From the NCBI GenBank assembly GCA_022605425.2, contig JAKIMF020000007.1, positions 62,001 to 126,000 of the forward strand: a stretch of 64,000 nt of DNA. The letters run 5' to 3'. The notes under the pieces were generated by a model. It saw only the letters and a list, made by a program, of their open reading frames with translations. It did not search any database and was not told where the DNA came from. Made by a program: the position numbers and the translations under genes. Origin of the DNA: Hamiltosporidium tvaerminnensis FI-OER-3-3. Lineage: Eukaryota; Fungi; Microsporidia. The number at the start of each line of letters is the position of its first letter. The stretch's first letter is position 1. Positions 37,249 through 48,804 of this stretch are shown here, in pieces.

Positions 37249-38151
37249 ATGTTTTTTGATTATGGAATTTTTTATTATAAAAAAGTTTCAATCATAAATC
37301 TACGTAGTAAAATTATTATTTCAAATTCTGATGTTAAAGTTGTACCGTTTAACATTAAAATCAACGATTTACATGGTATTTTACACGAGGAAACATCTAA
37401 TTTGGGTAAAATAATTGAAAAACCTTCAAAAATCTTGAAAATGGAGGGAGATGCAAAAAACAATTTAAAGATATTTTTAGGATTAACAAATTCTTACATT
37501 CCTTCAATCAGCAACCCAACTGAATTACAAAAAAGTATTTTGGAAATCTTAACAGAAGACAATTCTAAATACGAATCTATTACCGATAAGAAAATATCTG
37601 GTCCTCTTAAATTTTCTAAGAAAAAAAATAAAAATATTTTTGATTCTCAAAATGATAAGATTTGTCTGTATTTGTATAGTAAAGGTGAAAAGGTAGAATT
37701 AAGTGAACAGAACAAATTTATAAATAAATTTCATAACGAATTTTGTACAAAAAAAGCAATTGAAAATTCAACTTTGGAATTGGAAGAAGAATACACAGAA
37801 ATGCTCAACAACATATATAGGGTAATAGAAAGTCCGGAAATAGAAATATTTTCAAATAATGAAAATACAAATATTCTTGATTTTCTATTAGAAAAATATA
37901 CCAAATTAAGAAATATAGAAAATATTGTTTCTCTATATAAAGAAAATCTTAAATTGTGTCGTATTAATAATAATTATTACCCTGAAGTATCTGTTTATAA
38001 TCATTTCGTTGTTTATTTAAATGACCGTACAGATATAAATTTATGTAAAATAAAAGATTTCTGGTTTGAACCTACAACTTGCAATGAAAAAGGTATTCTT
38101 AGATTTATCGAGGATTCATTATTTAAGTTAAATAAAAAAGATTTTTTTTAA
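37249..38151 (+). CDS. Hypothetical protein, 300 aa
   Basis: Long ORF with ccccaaaATG start context; no motif recognised. Confidence 0.75.
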   Translation: MFFDYGIFYYKKVSIINLRSKIIISNSDVKVVPFNIKINDLHGILHEETSNLGKIIEKPSKILKMEGDAKNNLKIFLGLTNSYIPSISNPTELQKSILEILTEDNSKYESITDKKISGPLKFSKKKNKNIFDSQNDKICLYLYSKGEKVELSEQNKFINKFHNEFCTKKAIENSTLELEEEYTEMLNNIYRVIESPEIEIFSNNENTNILDFLLEKYTKLRNIENIVSLYKENLKLCRINNNYYPEVSVYNHFVVYLNDRTDINLCKIKDFWFEPTTCNEKGILRFIEDSLFKLNKKDFF

Positions 38152-38489
38152 TTTTGGTTTTTAAAACATCGTAAATTTAAGTAAAATTAAATGAATAATT
38201 TTTTTGGTATTTGTACAATCGTTTTTTAAGAACGATTCATAAAGAAATTTTTTAATTAAAAAAAGATTAGAAAAATTTATATACAAGATAGTAAATTTAA
38301 ATCATAAAATTTTTAAAGAAATTGAAAATATTTTAATTAGAGAATGTTTTAGATTTATTTTTTACTTATCTTTTCAAAAATTATACAATATATATCAAAT
38401 ATAAATTATATAATATTCTATCTAAATAAATTTTATTGTAATTTAAATTTATTCTTTGAATTTTTAACAAAAAAATTTTACTCCCAAAA

Positions 38490-39005
38490 ATGAAAATAAC
38501 TGAATATACAACTGGTTATCTTATTCCTATAAAGATTTCAATACCATTATTTTCATTTGAAACAAAGTTTGTTTATAATATAAAATCATCACTTAATTTG
38601 GAAACATTTATAGATATTTTACTTGTAGAATTTAAAAGTTCGATAACGAGAAGAACAATAAAAGAATCATCTTTAAAAAATGTAAAAGAACTTTTAAAAT
38701 ATCAAATATCACACCAGATACATTATTTTAATAGTTTGATTAATAATCCACGTATTAGAGATACTTCTTATGATGTACCGTTAATAATTAGTATTGAAAA
38801 GGAATCTATTTCTATAAAAGAAAATATTGTTTTACCAAGTTTTATTAATTATGAAATAGAAATATTTTGTAATGATTTTTGTATAGAAAATAATGTTTCT
38901 ACTGAGTTTTCTGGAGAAATGTCTTTTTCTTTGAGAGAACAAATTATGTGTTTTTTTGCAAATATTTCACAGGAAATGTCGGAAAATACATCAAATGCCA
39001 GTTAA
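38490..39005 (+). CDS. Snf5/Sfh1/INI1-domain chromatin-remodelling subunit (minimal)
   Basis: LIPIKISI..F...F.YN....LETFIDILL (repeat 1) and FCNDFC.E..V..EF...MSFSLREQI (repeat 2) match the SNF5 repeats. Confidence 0.7.
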   Translation: MKITEYTTGYLIPIKISIPLFSFETKFVYNIKSSLNLETFIDILLVEFKSSITRRTIKESSLKNVKELLKYQISHQIHYFNSLINNPRIRDTSYDVPLIISIEKESISIKENIVLPSFINYEIEIFCNDFCIENNVSTEFSGEMSFSLREQIMCFFANISQEMSENTSNAS

Positions 39006-39423
39006 ATGTTAATTTAATATAAAATATCTTTAATCAACCAAAGTTATTGTATTAATTCTATATTGCAATATAACTTGTATTTTCACTATTTAATAATTTT
39101 TACATTTTATTAAATTTTTTTTAGATTTTAATATTTTGTAATTTCTATTGCAATAAAACCAATATTTTCTCTAAATATTTTATAGTTTCTTTCTAAGATT
39201 CAAATAATTTCTATTTCAATGTACTCAGAATTTGAACAAAATTTATGTTTTTTTTTACAATTTTTAATTTTTTTTACGATCTAATATTTTGTAATTTCTA
39301 TTTTCAGTCGTTTATGATTTTATATTATTTTATTTTGGTTGACTTTAAGATATCAAAGATGAAGAATTTTATTGGTGTTTAAATTTTTGATTCAACTTAT
39401 ATTCTTCAGAAATACACCCTTTG

Positions 39424-39801
39424 ATGAACATAGAAAATATTTATTCTAAATTGATTGGTATTCTAAACATAAAACACGAACAGCACAACGAAATATGTGA
39501 TATATTAACTGCTACAGATACTTATACACAGACAAAAATATCAAATGTAGAAAAATTTTTGTGTCCGACCGAAGCTAATTTTCAATTGCCTAATGTTTTT
39601 TTAAGAACTAAGAAAATAGCAGAATGTGAACAATTAGTAGGTGATAGAACACATGTAGATATTGAAAAATGGAATGAATGTTTAAATGAATTGGAAAAAA
39701 TATGTGAATTCGAGTTTGAAGAACCCGAGTTTATAGAAAGTAGTGAGAATGATCTTTACGATGAAGAATTCATTGAAAGAAATATTAAACAAAGAAGTTA
39801 A
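39424..39801 (+). CDS. Small protein, possibly Mediator subunit Med8-like
   Basis: acaccctttgATG start. LPNVFLRTKKIAECE resembles the Med8 VPxxLRTKxxPEVE motif. CDS likely real; identity tentative. Confidence 0.5.
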   Translation: MNIENIYSKLIGILNIKHEQHNEICDILTATDTYTQTKISNVEKFLCPTEANFQLPNVFLRTKKIAECEQLVGDRTHVDIEKWNECLNELEKICEFEFEEPEFIESSENDLYDEEFIERNIKQRS

Positions 39802-40774
39802 ATTTTTTATTTCTTAAAATAGTAAATTTAAAATATTTTAATGTGGTATTTATGAATCAAATTCCTTTTTTATTAATATTATTGACTTTAAATTTTCAAT
39901 CTGTGAATCAAAATATTTTAAATAAATTTGTTTGAATCATACAATGTACTTTGGTTTTATTTTTCGATAACATTTAATAGTTTCATATTTTTTGAATAAT
40001 ATTTTTCGAGTTATCTGTATTTTGTATTCGTTTTCATAAAACAAAAAATTAGATTTTTTTACAATTTGTATAGGATTTATTGATTTTTAGTGAGAAGATG
40101 GATCAAAATATAACTAAGAATATTGGTTTGGATTGGTAAGTAAAAACGATATATAGTCGTTGTTGTTTAGTTTTCTGAGTAAATGAAAATTATATTTAGG
40201 TTTGTCTTCCTAAAAGAAAAAACATATAGCTATTTTTTGAAAAGATCTTATTTTTGTTAAATAGAAATATTTTCATTGCTTTATTCAGGAATAAAAATTG
40301 GTATTTTTTTCTTATCAAGAATCTATATCAAAGAATGTCATAATTTGTCATGATTTAATTCTAAATATGAAATGCAAATAGTTACTAGTATAATAGTCCT
40401 CTACGTCGCGGCAACCGTCTTAATTTTGGCTTTACCAAAAAAATACAGATAACTTTTGGATTTATATCCTTAACCCTTATAATTTGAGCTATAGTTTTTG
40501 AATAATTTAATTTATACTTCTTTAGCCTCATCTAGTCTCTTTGCTCAAATATTTTCTCTTTCCTTCATATCTGATTTTCTAACCGCCTTTGGACGATTTC
40601 TTAATAAAATTAAAGACACCTTTACACACGCATTTTAATCGATTTATATTCTACTTGCTTTTCAGTTTCATATTCTTAGACCATATTTTCTACTTATTTT
40701 GCTAAGTTTACCATTTATTTTTATCGAATTCTATTTTCTTTTGTTGAATATTTTTTTGTGAAACGTTTTCATTA

Positions 40775-40995
40775 GTTTTAGAGAGAGAATACACATATTA
40801 AAAACTATCTGGTTAGCAAGGTGTGCATAAAATTAGCGTGAAGTTCTTTGTTGCCATTTTGGTGGGATATAAACCACATTAGACCTATAGGCTAATCTCC
40901 TATAATCCCGAATTTGAACAGATTAAAAGAAACAAATTGTAATTTTTCATTTGTTCATCCTTGACTCTGAGAGGTAAAAGAGGAATAGAATAAGA
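40775..40995 (+). repeat. Dispersed structured-repeat family, short form, copy B2
   Basis: ttttggtgggatataaaccac..cctataatcccgaatt..tttgttcatc..ctgagaggtaaaagaggaatagaataa. Confidence 0.88.
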
Positions 40996-41307
40996 CAGAA
41001 GTAAGAAACGCTTTCATTGTCTGAAAAAAAGAGTATTTCTGTGCGAATTGATTGAAATGTATATTAAATGATTGTATAATTTCGTGGCTATCTTTATTGG
41101 ATATTTCTTAATTTAAGCAGTTATATAATTCAATTATATTATCAGAAGCTTAATAAAAATTTTAATAATAAATAACATATGACCAAGTGGCATAAATGCA
41201 TAACAACGGTAAGTCTGTTCTTCTTTCTTCATCTATCAGAAACTTTTCAAAAAGAAAATAAAAGTAACGTGTTGGATTGAATCTTACTCGCTTATTATCA
41301 ATATCCT

Positions 41308-41520
41308 CGGTATTACAGCTCTGCACGTGCTTTGGCCGCTTTCAGTAATAACGCCCACCGGTCTATTTCCGTAGGTTGTTTACTTTTTAAGGTTTCGTAA
41401 CACGGTGATTTTACGGGGAGGCTTGTTAGACCTTCGCTCAGCCCCAACCTTGACAACAAGTCCCCTTTAGTCACATCTTACGACAAGCAGAGAATACTCC
41501 AAGCAAATCTTGCTTCCAGC
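41308..41520 (-). mobile_element. Short non-autonomous RTE-derived (SINE-like) element
   Basis: GC-rich island. The minus strand has an RTE 5'-UTR-like segment (ggttggggctgagcgaaggtctaacaagcctccccgtaaaa..tgttacgaaa) joined to an RTE ORF tail (DRWALLLKAAKARAEL*). Confidence 0.55.
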
Positions 41521-41847
41521 ATAGTGAGGTCTTACTCTCTTATGGTAAACATAAAAAAATGCGTTCATTCTTATGTTGTATCACAACCTTGAAAGGCTTA
41601 CGAAATACTTTGTTTTAAAGTTTGCTTGAAACTGATAAACATTTCGATGGTTCTAAAGCCCACTTCTGCATTTTATTATTGGTTGTGTAAGATTTATGAA
41701 CAAATCATTAGAGTCATATTATATATCAGAATACAGTGATTGGTGGTGCCTTACATTTCTCTAGCTTATTAAAAAATTTTAAGTAAATGGGTCATCGTGA
41801 AATTATATGATCATATAATAGAAGATTCGTATTTAGATCAACGTCTT

Positions 41848-41980
41848 GTCTACTACTACTAAGTAGCGCTACAGTTCTTAAGAGCTCGCCTTCCCCAATG
41901 ATATTTTTCCATTATTCTCTATTTCGTGCCTTTGTTTTTCATTGTCTCACATTAAGCCTTCTCGGGTCTTTTTGCGCAGT
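41848..41980 (-). mobile_element. Degenerate RTE-like LINE 3' end with (TAG)n tail
   Basis: tgcctttgtttttcattg.ctc.cattaagc.ttctc.ggtc is shared with 5599-5640; adjacent tactactact tail. Confidence 0.65.
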
Positions 41981-43734
41981 AATGTCTTATCCAAATTAAA
42001 TAAACCAGGGCTATTTTTTGATATTGTCAAATTTATTTTATTAGCCTAAAATTTGTATTGTGTTCTTCTTGTATAAAATATATATATCGGGTCTATTATT
42101 CCTAATTTTGAAATCAGTCGTTTTTGGTGTTCTGCTCTAGAATTGAACACCAATTTGGGATTCATAGCTTCGCTTAAGTTTATTTGCGATTGTTACTATA
42201 TTTTTCTTGTAGGTTGAATGGTGAGCAAACTGTTTGGAATTGGTTTTAAAATCTGAAATACCAGAAGTTATTAAATATTATTTCTTTTAAATTTTCCATT
42301 TATAATTTTCATTTTTTTCATTGTGATTATTTTAAAGATTTTATATTTCAGTTTTAGATTTATTCAGTTTCAGTACATTTTATTTTGATTTAGTCTTTGA
42401 TTTATTCAAATTAATAAAAGAACATTCTGATTCTTTTTATAATCAATTATATCATTAAAATACACTTTAATCATAAATCAGATTAATAATTTATTCTTAG
42501 ATTATTTTATGGCATTTCATTCTTTTCACAGTAATTTTGAGTTAAGACAATGTGTGATATTTTTGCTTATTCATAGCCATTATCTTGTTTTTAAAGCTAC
42601 ATCTTTAACAGTTTCAATAAATTTATATTTCATTTTCTTTTTTTCATTCACTTTATTCATAAATCTTTCATTTATTTTTTATCTTTCCGATAAACAGATC
42701 CAAGAAAAGCTAATTTCGGTTTTGCTTCATCGTTGGAAATATATTTTTTTTTTAAATACTGTCTCGGTGTAGCATTATAACTACCTTCTTTTTTATCATT
42801 TCCTATCGTTTATAAACCAGTTTTTCTTAGATTCAATTCATGATCAAAATCTTATTTTGATTAAAATAACTCAAAAAACTTCAAAATTATTTCATGAAAA
42901 ATAAGAATTTAAACTAAATTAATTCATTAATAGACACAATCCACTACAAATTACTTAATATTACTTATTCGGACTCGTAGAATACATTATTTATTCTATT
43001 TTATACATAAATCTTAAGATAAATTAATGCAATGAATTTATCTGTAAATTTAAAAAAAGAACAATTAAAAGAATTTAAAAATATAAAAACAGGTGGTAAC
43101 CAAAAATAGAAATGAATTATACTTCAATTTGAAATTTTAATATTTTAAAGATTTAACTTTGTTTTTGAGAAGAAAAATACATAATATATCTGAATTATAG
43201 AAAAATTGAAATATATCTGTCATTAATGTATGAAAAATATAATTATTTCTGTAGTATGATCATTGAAATATATTTTAAGATAAAGAATTAGGAAATATTT
43301 TAACTAGAAGAATATAATTATACTTTCATTAAAATGTATTTGAAATATATTTTTACATTTTTAAAAAATACAAATATTTGAAAATATAAGAAATATTAAA
43401 AACTGACTTCAATAATTCAAAAAACATATATTTTCATTTACAAGCATTTGTATTTTCTTAAAAAAAGAATATTTTTTTATCAAAAATAAATAAATTAAAA
43501 AAAATAATATAATGAGAATGTCTTGCTATATGAATTTGAGTCAATAAAAAAATATTTTAATTAAATTATACTGGGTAGCTGATTAGTGTTCTTTAATATT
43601 TATTTTGTATTTTTGTCTTCTTTTTTTGTTATCAGAAGATAACAAAACAGTTTGTATTAAATATTATGAACCAATTGAAATGTTTATAGAAAAATTGGAA
43701 ATAAAAAGATGAAATTACCCTCCCGAAAATATAC

Positions 43735-44055
43735 ATGCGATCTAAAACCAAAGCTTACAGATCCATTACCCAAGAAGAGGCCTGTGTAGAAGATAATGAA
43801 AAGTACATAATAGATTTTGCACTAAGTATGCATTATCTACCAGTACCAACAGAAAAGGTTGAAGAATTAGATGTAAAAGAAAAACAGATATGTAAAAAAC
43901 ATAATATTAAATATGGTAAGTTCATTGAAATGAAAAAAGCGTATGCAAAAGAAGGAAGATCGTGTCTAAAACATTTTTTTAAACGTGGTATGAAAGATCG
44001 TTCTAAAATTACAGCAATCGATGATTATTTTCGTAGACATGAAAAAAATTCATAA
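43735..44055 (+). CDS. Small protein resembling the Ada2 C-terminal SWIRM domain
   Basis: LDVKEKQICKKHNIKYGKFIEMKK...DRSKITAIDDYF parallels Ada2 LSxxEx.LC....I.P..Y...K...D..K...IYDFF; ccc motif upstream of ATG. Confidence 0.55.
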   Translation: MRSKTKAYRSITQEEACVEDNEKYIIDFALSMHYLPVPTEKVEELDVKEKQICKKHNIKYGKFIEMKKAYAKEGRSCLKHFFKRGMKDRSKITAIDDYFRRHEKNS

Positions 44056-47000
44056 TAAATTTCTTTTGTAGTAAAATTTACATTTATTTGGTTTATTATT
44101 GAAACAATTACTATTTATTTGTTTAAAATATGTATTTCATTTACATTTTTTTCTAAAAATATAATTTCTATTTCTTTCTTATTAATTTATTTAATCCTAT
44201 TTTTATAGAAATACTTTATAAATTTATTTTAACGGAAAATTGTAGTATTAATTTTTTAAAATATCAATATTAAAATGTAGTTGTATGATTTATTTAAAAT
44301 AAATACCAAGAATTAATATTGTAGCTTCTTATCTTTGTATTTTTGTACTTCGGATTTTAATCATTTTTTACAATAAAATGATTATTATTCATTTTGAATA
44401 AACTGTAATCAATGTATTATTGAGAATAAATAACGAAAAAAATCTTGAAACGTTTGAATCATTCAACAAACCGTAAATAAAGAAATTAATTAATTATGAA
44501 TAAAGGAGTTGTTAAAAGATTTGTAGGTCGCTCAGACCATAAAAAAGGAAAAAATTAATTATGAATAAATGAACCTATTATGTTGTTGAATCACAAAGAA
44601 ATATATAAAAGATAATATGAATATTTCTTATACCTAATACAAGGTGAGTTAATTTAAGATTGAATCAGGTTTTCTAATCAAAAAGATGCGATAATTTTTT
44701 AACCAAAAATTTTTTTGAAAAAAATGAATCTGAAAAATGAGTTTAAAGAGCCATTTATATATAAAAATAATATCATGTGAAAAATTAGAACCTTAAATGG
44801 ATAGTTTGAATTTATTACCCGTGATTTACAGAAAAATAAATGTTCAATACTCCTTATAATAGAATGATTTCTTCTTACATATAAGTTTTCTATTTTATTT
44901 ATAAAATTTGCTTTTTTTGTAAAGTTAATTATTTGTTTTACGATTTTATTTGTGAATACTTATTAATTGCGTGTTTGTTTGACATGGATTGAATATTTGT
45001 TATATTCTGATATTTTTGGTGGGTTTAAATAGTTTCTAAACTTGTATTTATTAAGTTTTAAACGTAGATTTCTTTCAAATTAGATGAAAAAATTTCAAAA
45101 TTTTAATTATTATAGACGTGATTGGTATCATATGAGTTTTAATATTAAGTTTTTACGATTCATTTTGGGATACTTTTGAACAATAGAATTCTTGGTTTCA
45201 TATAAGAAACTGGTTAACTAGAACATCTATAATTTATATTTATGGTATATAGGCGTCTTATAAATACATTTTGTTTATAAGATCTGCAAATTCATTTTTT
45301 AATTTTGGTCATATCATAATTAAATTTTACATGTCTAGTCTATGAAAAATTATGTATACATTTTTATTTTTGTTTTAGTTCTGAAAAATGTTTTTTTTTG
45401 TTCTGAAGCATTTCTAAATCAGAATTCGGAATAATATGTGATTCTATTACATAATTCATTGAGTAATAAAGCATCATATATCTGATTTTAATTGAACCAG
45501 TGAAAAACCTCGGATAAACTTTGTTAATTTGTCTAATACTGTTTAATTAATAAATTTCTATAAAATATATTAGAAAATTCCATTCCAAATGTAAATATTT
45601 TAAAAGAAAGTTGAAAGATATTTGCAAAAAAATTAAATTTAAAATTTTTCGCCTGTGATTATTTCTGGAATGTCCAAATTGGAGGCATATTGCATGCTAA
45701 AAGCGAAGTGAGTAGAATCATTTTTTTCTTATATTCTATTCTTATAGCTTGAATCTAACATTTTTGTTGCAAAATTTCAAAATTTACCATGTTTTTATCG
45801 ATTTTCTGATTTTAGTCATATCATCCTTGTAACTATTTTAAAGACAAAATATGCGTAGAATACCTATTTTGATATAATGCAGAAGCACTCTTATGGTTCA
45901 TTAGACACGTTCAAGTACCTTTTTAGATCATCTTATAATATCTGCTACTATCGAAATTAAATTTATAGATTAAATTAGATACAAATACTCTTTAAAAACA
46001 GTATTTATTCCTATTTTCTACGAAAATTCAATCATATTTGAAATTTATCAAAATGAAAAAAAAATATTTACTAGACACTTCATGGATTCCGATTATTATT
46101 ATTAGTCTTTCCAATGCATTTGGTATTTCTTAATATTTAATTTTTTTTTCAGCCATTACACCTGGTTGAACTTAATCAAGGAAAACCTAAAGTGTATTTT
46201 ATTGATAATTTAAAATTCAAATTGTAGCAATTGTTATTATAACTCAATATATGTTTTGAAACGAATATGTTACGGTGAAATAAATAAATTATTTATTGTT
46301 TTTCAATCCTGTATCTGCAGAAACATTTACACTATAGTTTAAAACATTATGAAATCCAAAATATAGCGTCGTAATTTTTTTCAATTATCGATATTATTGA
46401 ACAATAAAATTAAAATATTACAAAGTCAACAGAGATATATTATACATTTATAAAATTTCTAAGTTACTTTGTTGCTTGACAAAAAGGCTTTCAACTCGGT
46501 TGATTACAATATATAGTTTTACCTAAGCAAATTAGATGAAATATATCGACATAGATCTTATAAAATCATTAGTGAATTAGAATGCCGTAAATTATGTCAA
46601 ATGTTTTTTCAGGTGTGAGATTGTACCCTTTTTTGTGATTTAAGTTATTATAACAATATATTTCGGAATTGATAGGTTAATGTAAAAGAGGATCACGGTT
46701 CTTGATAAACTCGGGATTGTTTGCATGAATTTCTGCCAATAAAATATTTGTATCACTCGCTTCTTTTCTCCGAGCTATGCGGTAATTTTAATCAAAACAA
46801 ATGCTCGCCACCTGCTAGCAAGTATTGCTGAAGCATTTTTAATTTAACTGGCTTATTTTTTTGTAACCAATGGAAATACTATTTCTTTCTGATCAAAATA
46901 CAAATAAATACCACAACTGTATTTACTTTCTTTAAGCAAGAAATAAATATTTCTATTATCTAAAAATAAGTAATTTTTAGAATATTAAATTTGAAATAGA

Positions 47001-48349
47001 TATCACTTTCGAAAATAAATATTTCCTAATTTTGTACCCCGAAAAAGAATTCTCGATTATATACAATTTTCTGGTTTAAATTTCTTAAATTTATAACCTC
47101 AATTTTTGCTTTACTTAAGGCGATTATTTTAACATAAATTCTAAATAATTTTTCTCTGGACTTTCAGTCAGGTTTTTTTTATTCGAATTTAGGAAATTAT
47201 CAGATCTATGAACAATCTTGAAACAACATAAGCCAATGTTATGATTCAACCAAAGAATTTATAGACTGGAAAGTAAGTATTCGGGGGGTTTTTCATTTTC
47301 AAGGAATCTCAAAATCACATTTTTTCTATTCTTTTTTAAATATATCAAATATTTATAATATTTGATACAATCTCATATATGATATTCCGCAACGCAGATT
47401 AATAAAAACTCTAAATTAAAAACTAAAATTAAACTTAATTTTTTTTTGATTTATAAGATCATGAAAGAATTTACTTCACAATAAACAACTTATACCAAAA
47501 AAATATTTATATACAAATATCGACTACCATGATACTTGCTTTAAAAAAACATTCAGATATTTAATACCTATTATTCTTCAAAAACTTTTTGTGGGTAAAT
47601 TCGGTGTATCTCAGGATATTACTTTATAATTTAGTATAACCAGATGAAATATACAAATCTATCTTATTCTGCATGATTATAATAACATTCGTAAACATAA
47701 CTTTAGATTCTCCGTAATATATTTCAATGCTGATTTAATTAATGCAATAATTAAATACTTGTTATTAACATTTGATTTTAATAATATAATATTGAGCTAA
47801 ATTCTCAGAATTATCTGTCTTTTTCATCTAATTGTTCTACTTTGGTGATAAATAATATAACTAGATGCTGAGTTATATGCTCTTTCGATATTTTTCTTTT
47901 TCTTCTGATTATTATAATTGATTCCACAGTATTTTTATTTTATCAAATCATATAATTATGAATCAAACCGTAATAGAGAATTCAAAATTAGTATAAAATA
48001 TGTATTTATTAAATTCAATAAATTTATTATCTTTGATTGTTTCTTATTGCATCTTTGATTATCTTGAATAATCATTTATTACAACTTTGATTATCGTTTA
48101 TTATCTCCTATTACAACATTTTGATTATTTATAATTATAAATTATACTTATTTTTTTATTAAAAAAATTAATTTATCTAAGATATATTAAATATCATTTT
48201 AAAAGTTATTTTCTGCTTCTAAAAAAAATTTATCATAGGCTTTTGTTAAATTCATTAAAAGATATTTTTATTTAATTTTCAATAGTTCTTTCATTTTAAG
48301 TAAATATTCAACGAATATTATGCATAGATATTATTTCATATGTGATATA

Positions 48350-48570
48350 AACTTGTGGAGGGTGAATAATCATATTTAAAACCATCTGCTTGGCAATAAG
48401 TGTGTAAAATCTGTGTTAAAATCATTGTTGAGGTTTTGGTGGGATATAAACCACGCTGGATATATAAGCATCCCCTATAGTCCTGAGTTGTACCGATTAA
48501 ATGAAACAGATCGAAAACTTTTATTTGTTCATCTTCGATACTGAGAGGTAAAAGAGGAATGGAATAAATA
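48350..48570 (+). repeat. Dispersed structured-repeat family, short form, copy B3
   Basis: aaaaccatctgcttggcaat..ttttggtgggatataaaccac..cctatagtcctgag..gttcatcttcgatactgagaggtaaaagagg. Confidence 0.88.
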
Positions 48571-48804
48571 AATCATGTGATATAAGCAAGATTGGAGAAT
48601 ATTTGTAAATTTAATTTTGAATATAACGCAGTATTTAAATTTATAAACAAAATACTTTATAATTTATATATTTGAGTTTCTGAATTGTATAAAAATCCAC
48701 CGATCTAAATTCAATTGTTTTTAGAAAAGCTATCATCCAGTATCTAAACTTTATTCAAAAGCACCACATCTTTTTTAAAGATTGGCAAGTGTTAAATTTG
48801 TTTT

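Noticed and set aside
40385-40600. Possible additional LINE 3' relic
   Set aside because: Only a short GC-rich patch and a weak peptide; no second copy in the window.
45400-48300. Possible decayed minus-strand gene-family pseudogene
   Set aside because: No ORF of 60 aa or more in the track and no identifiable motif.
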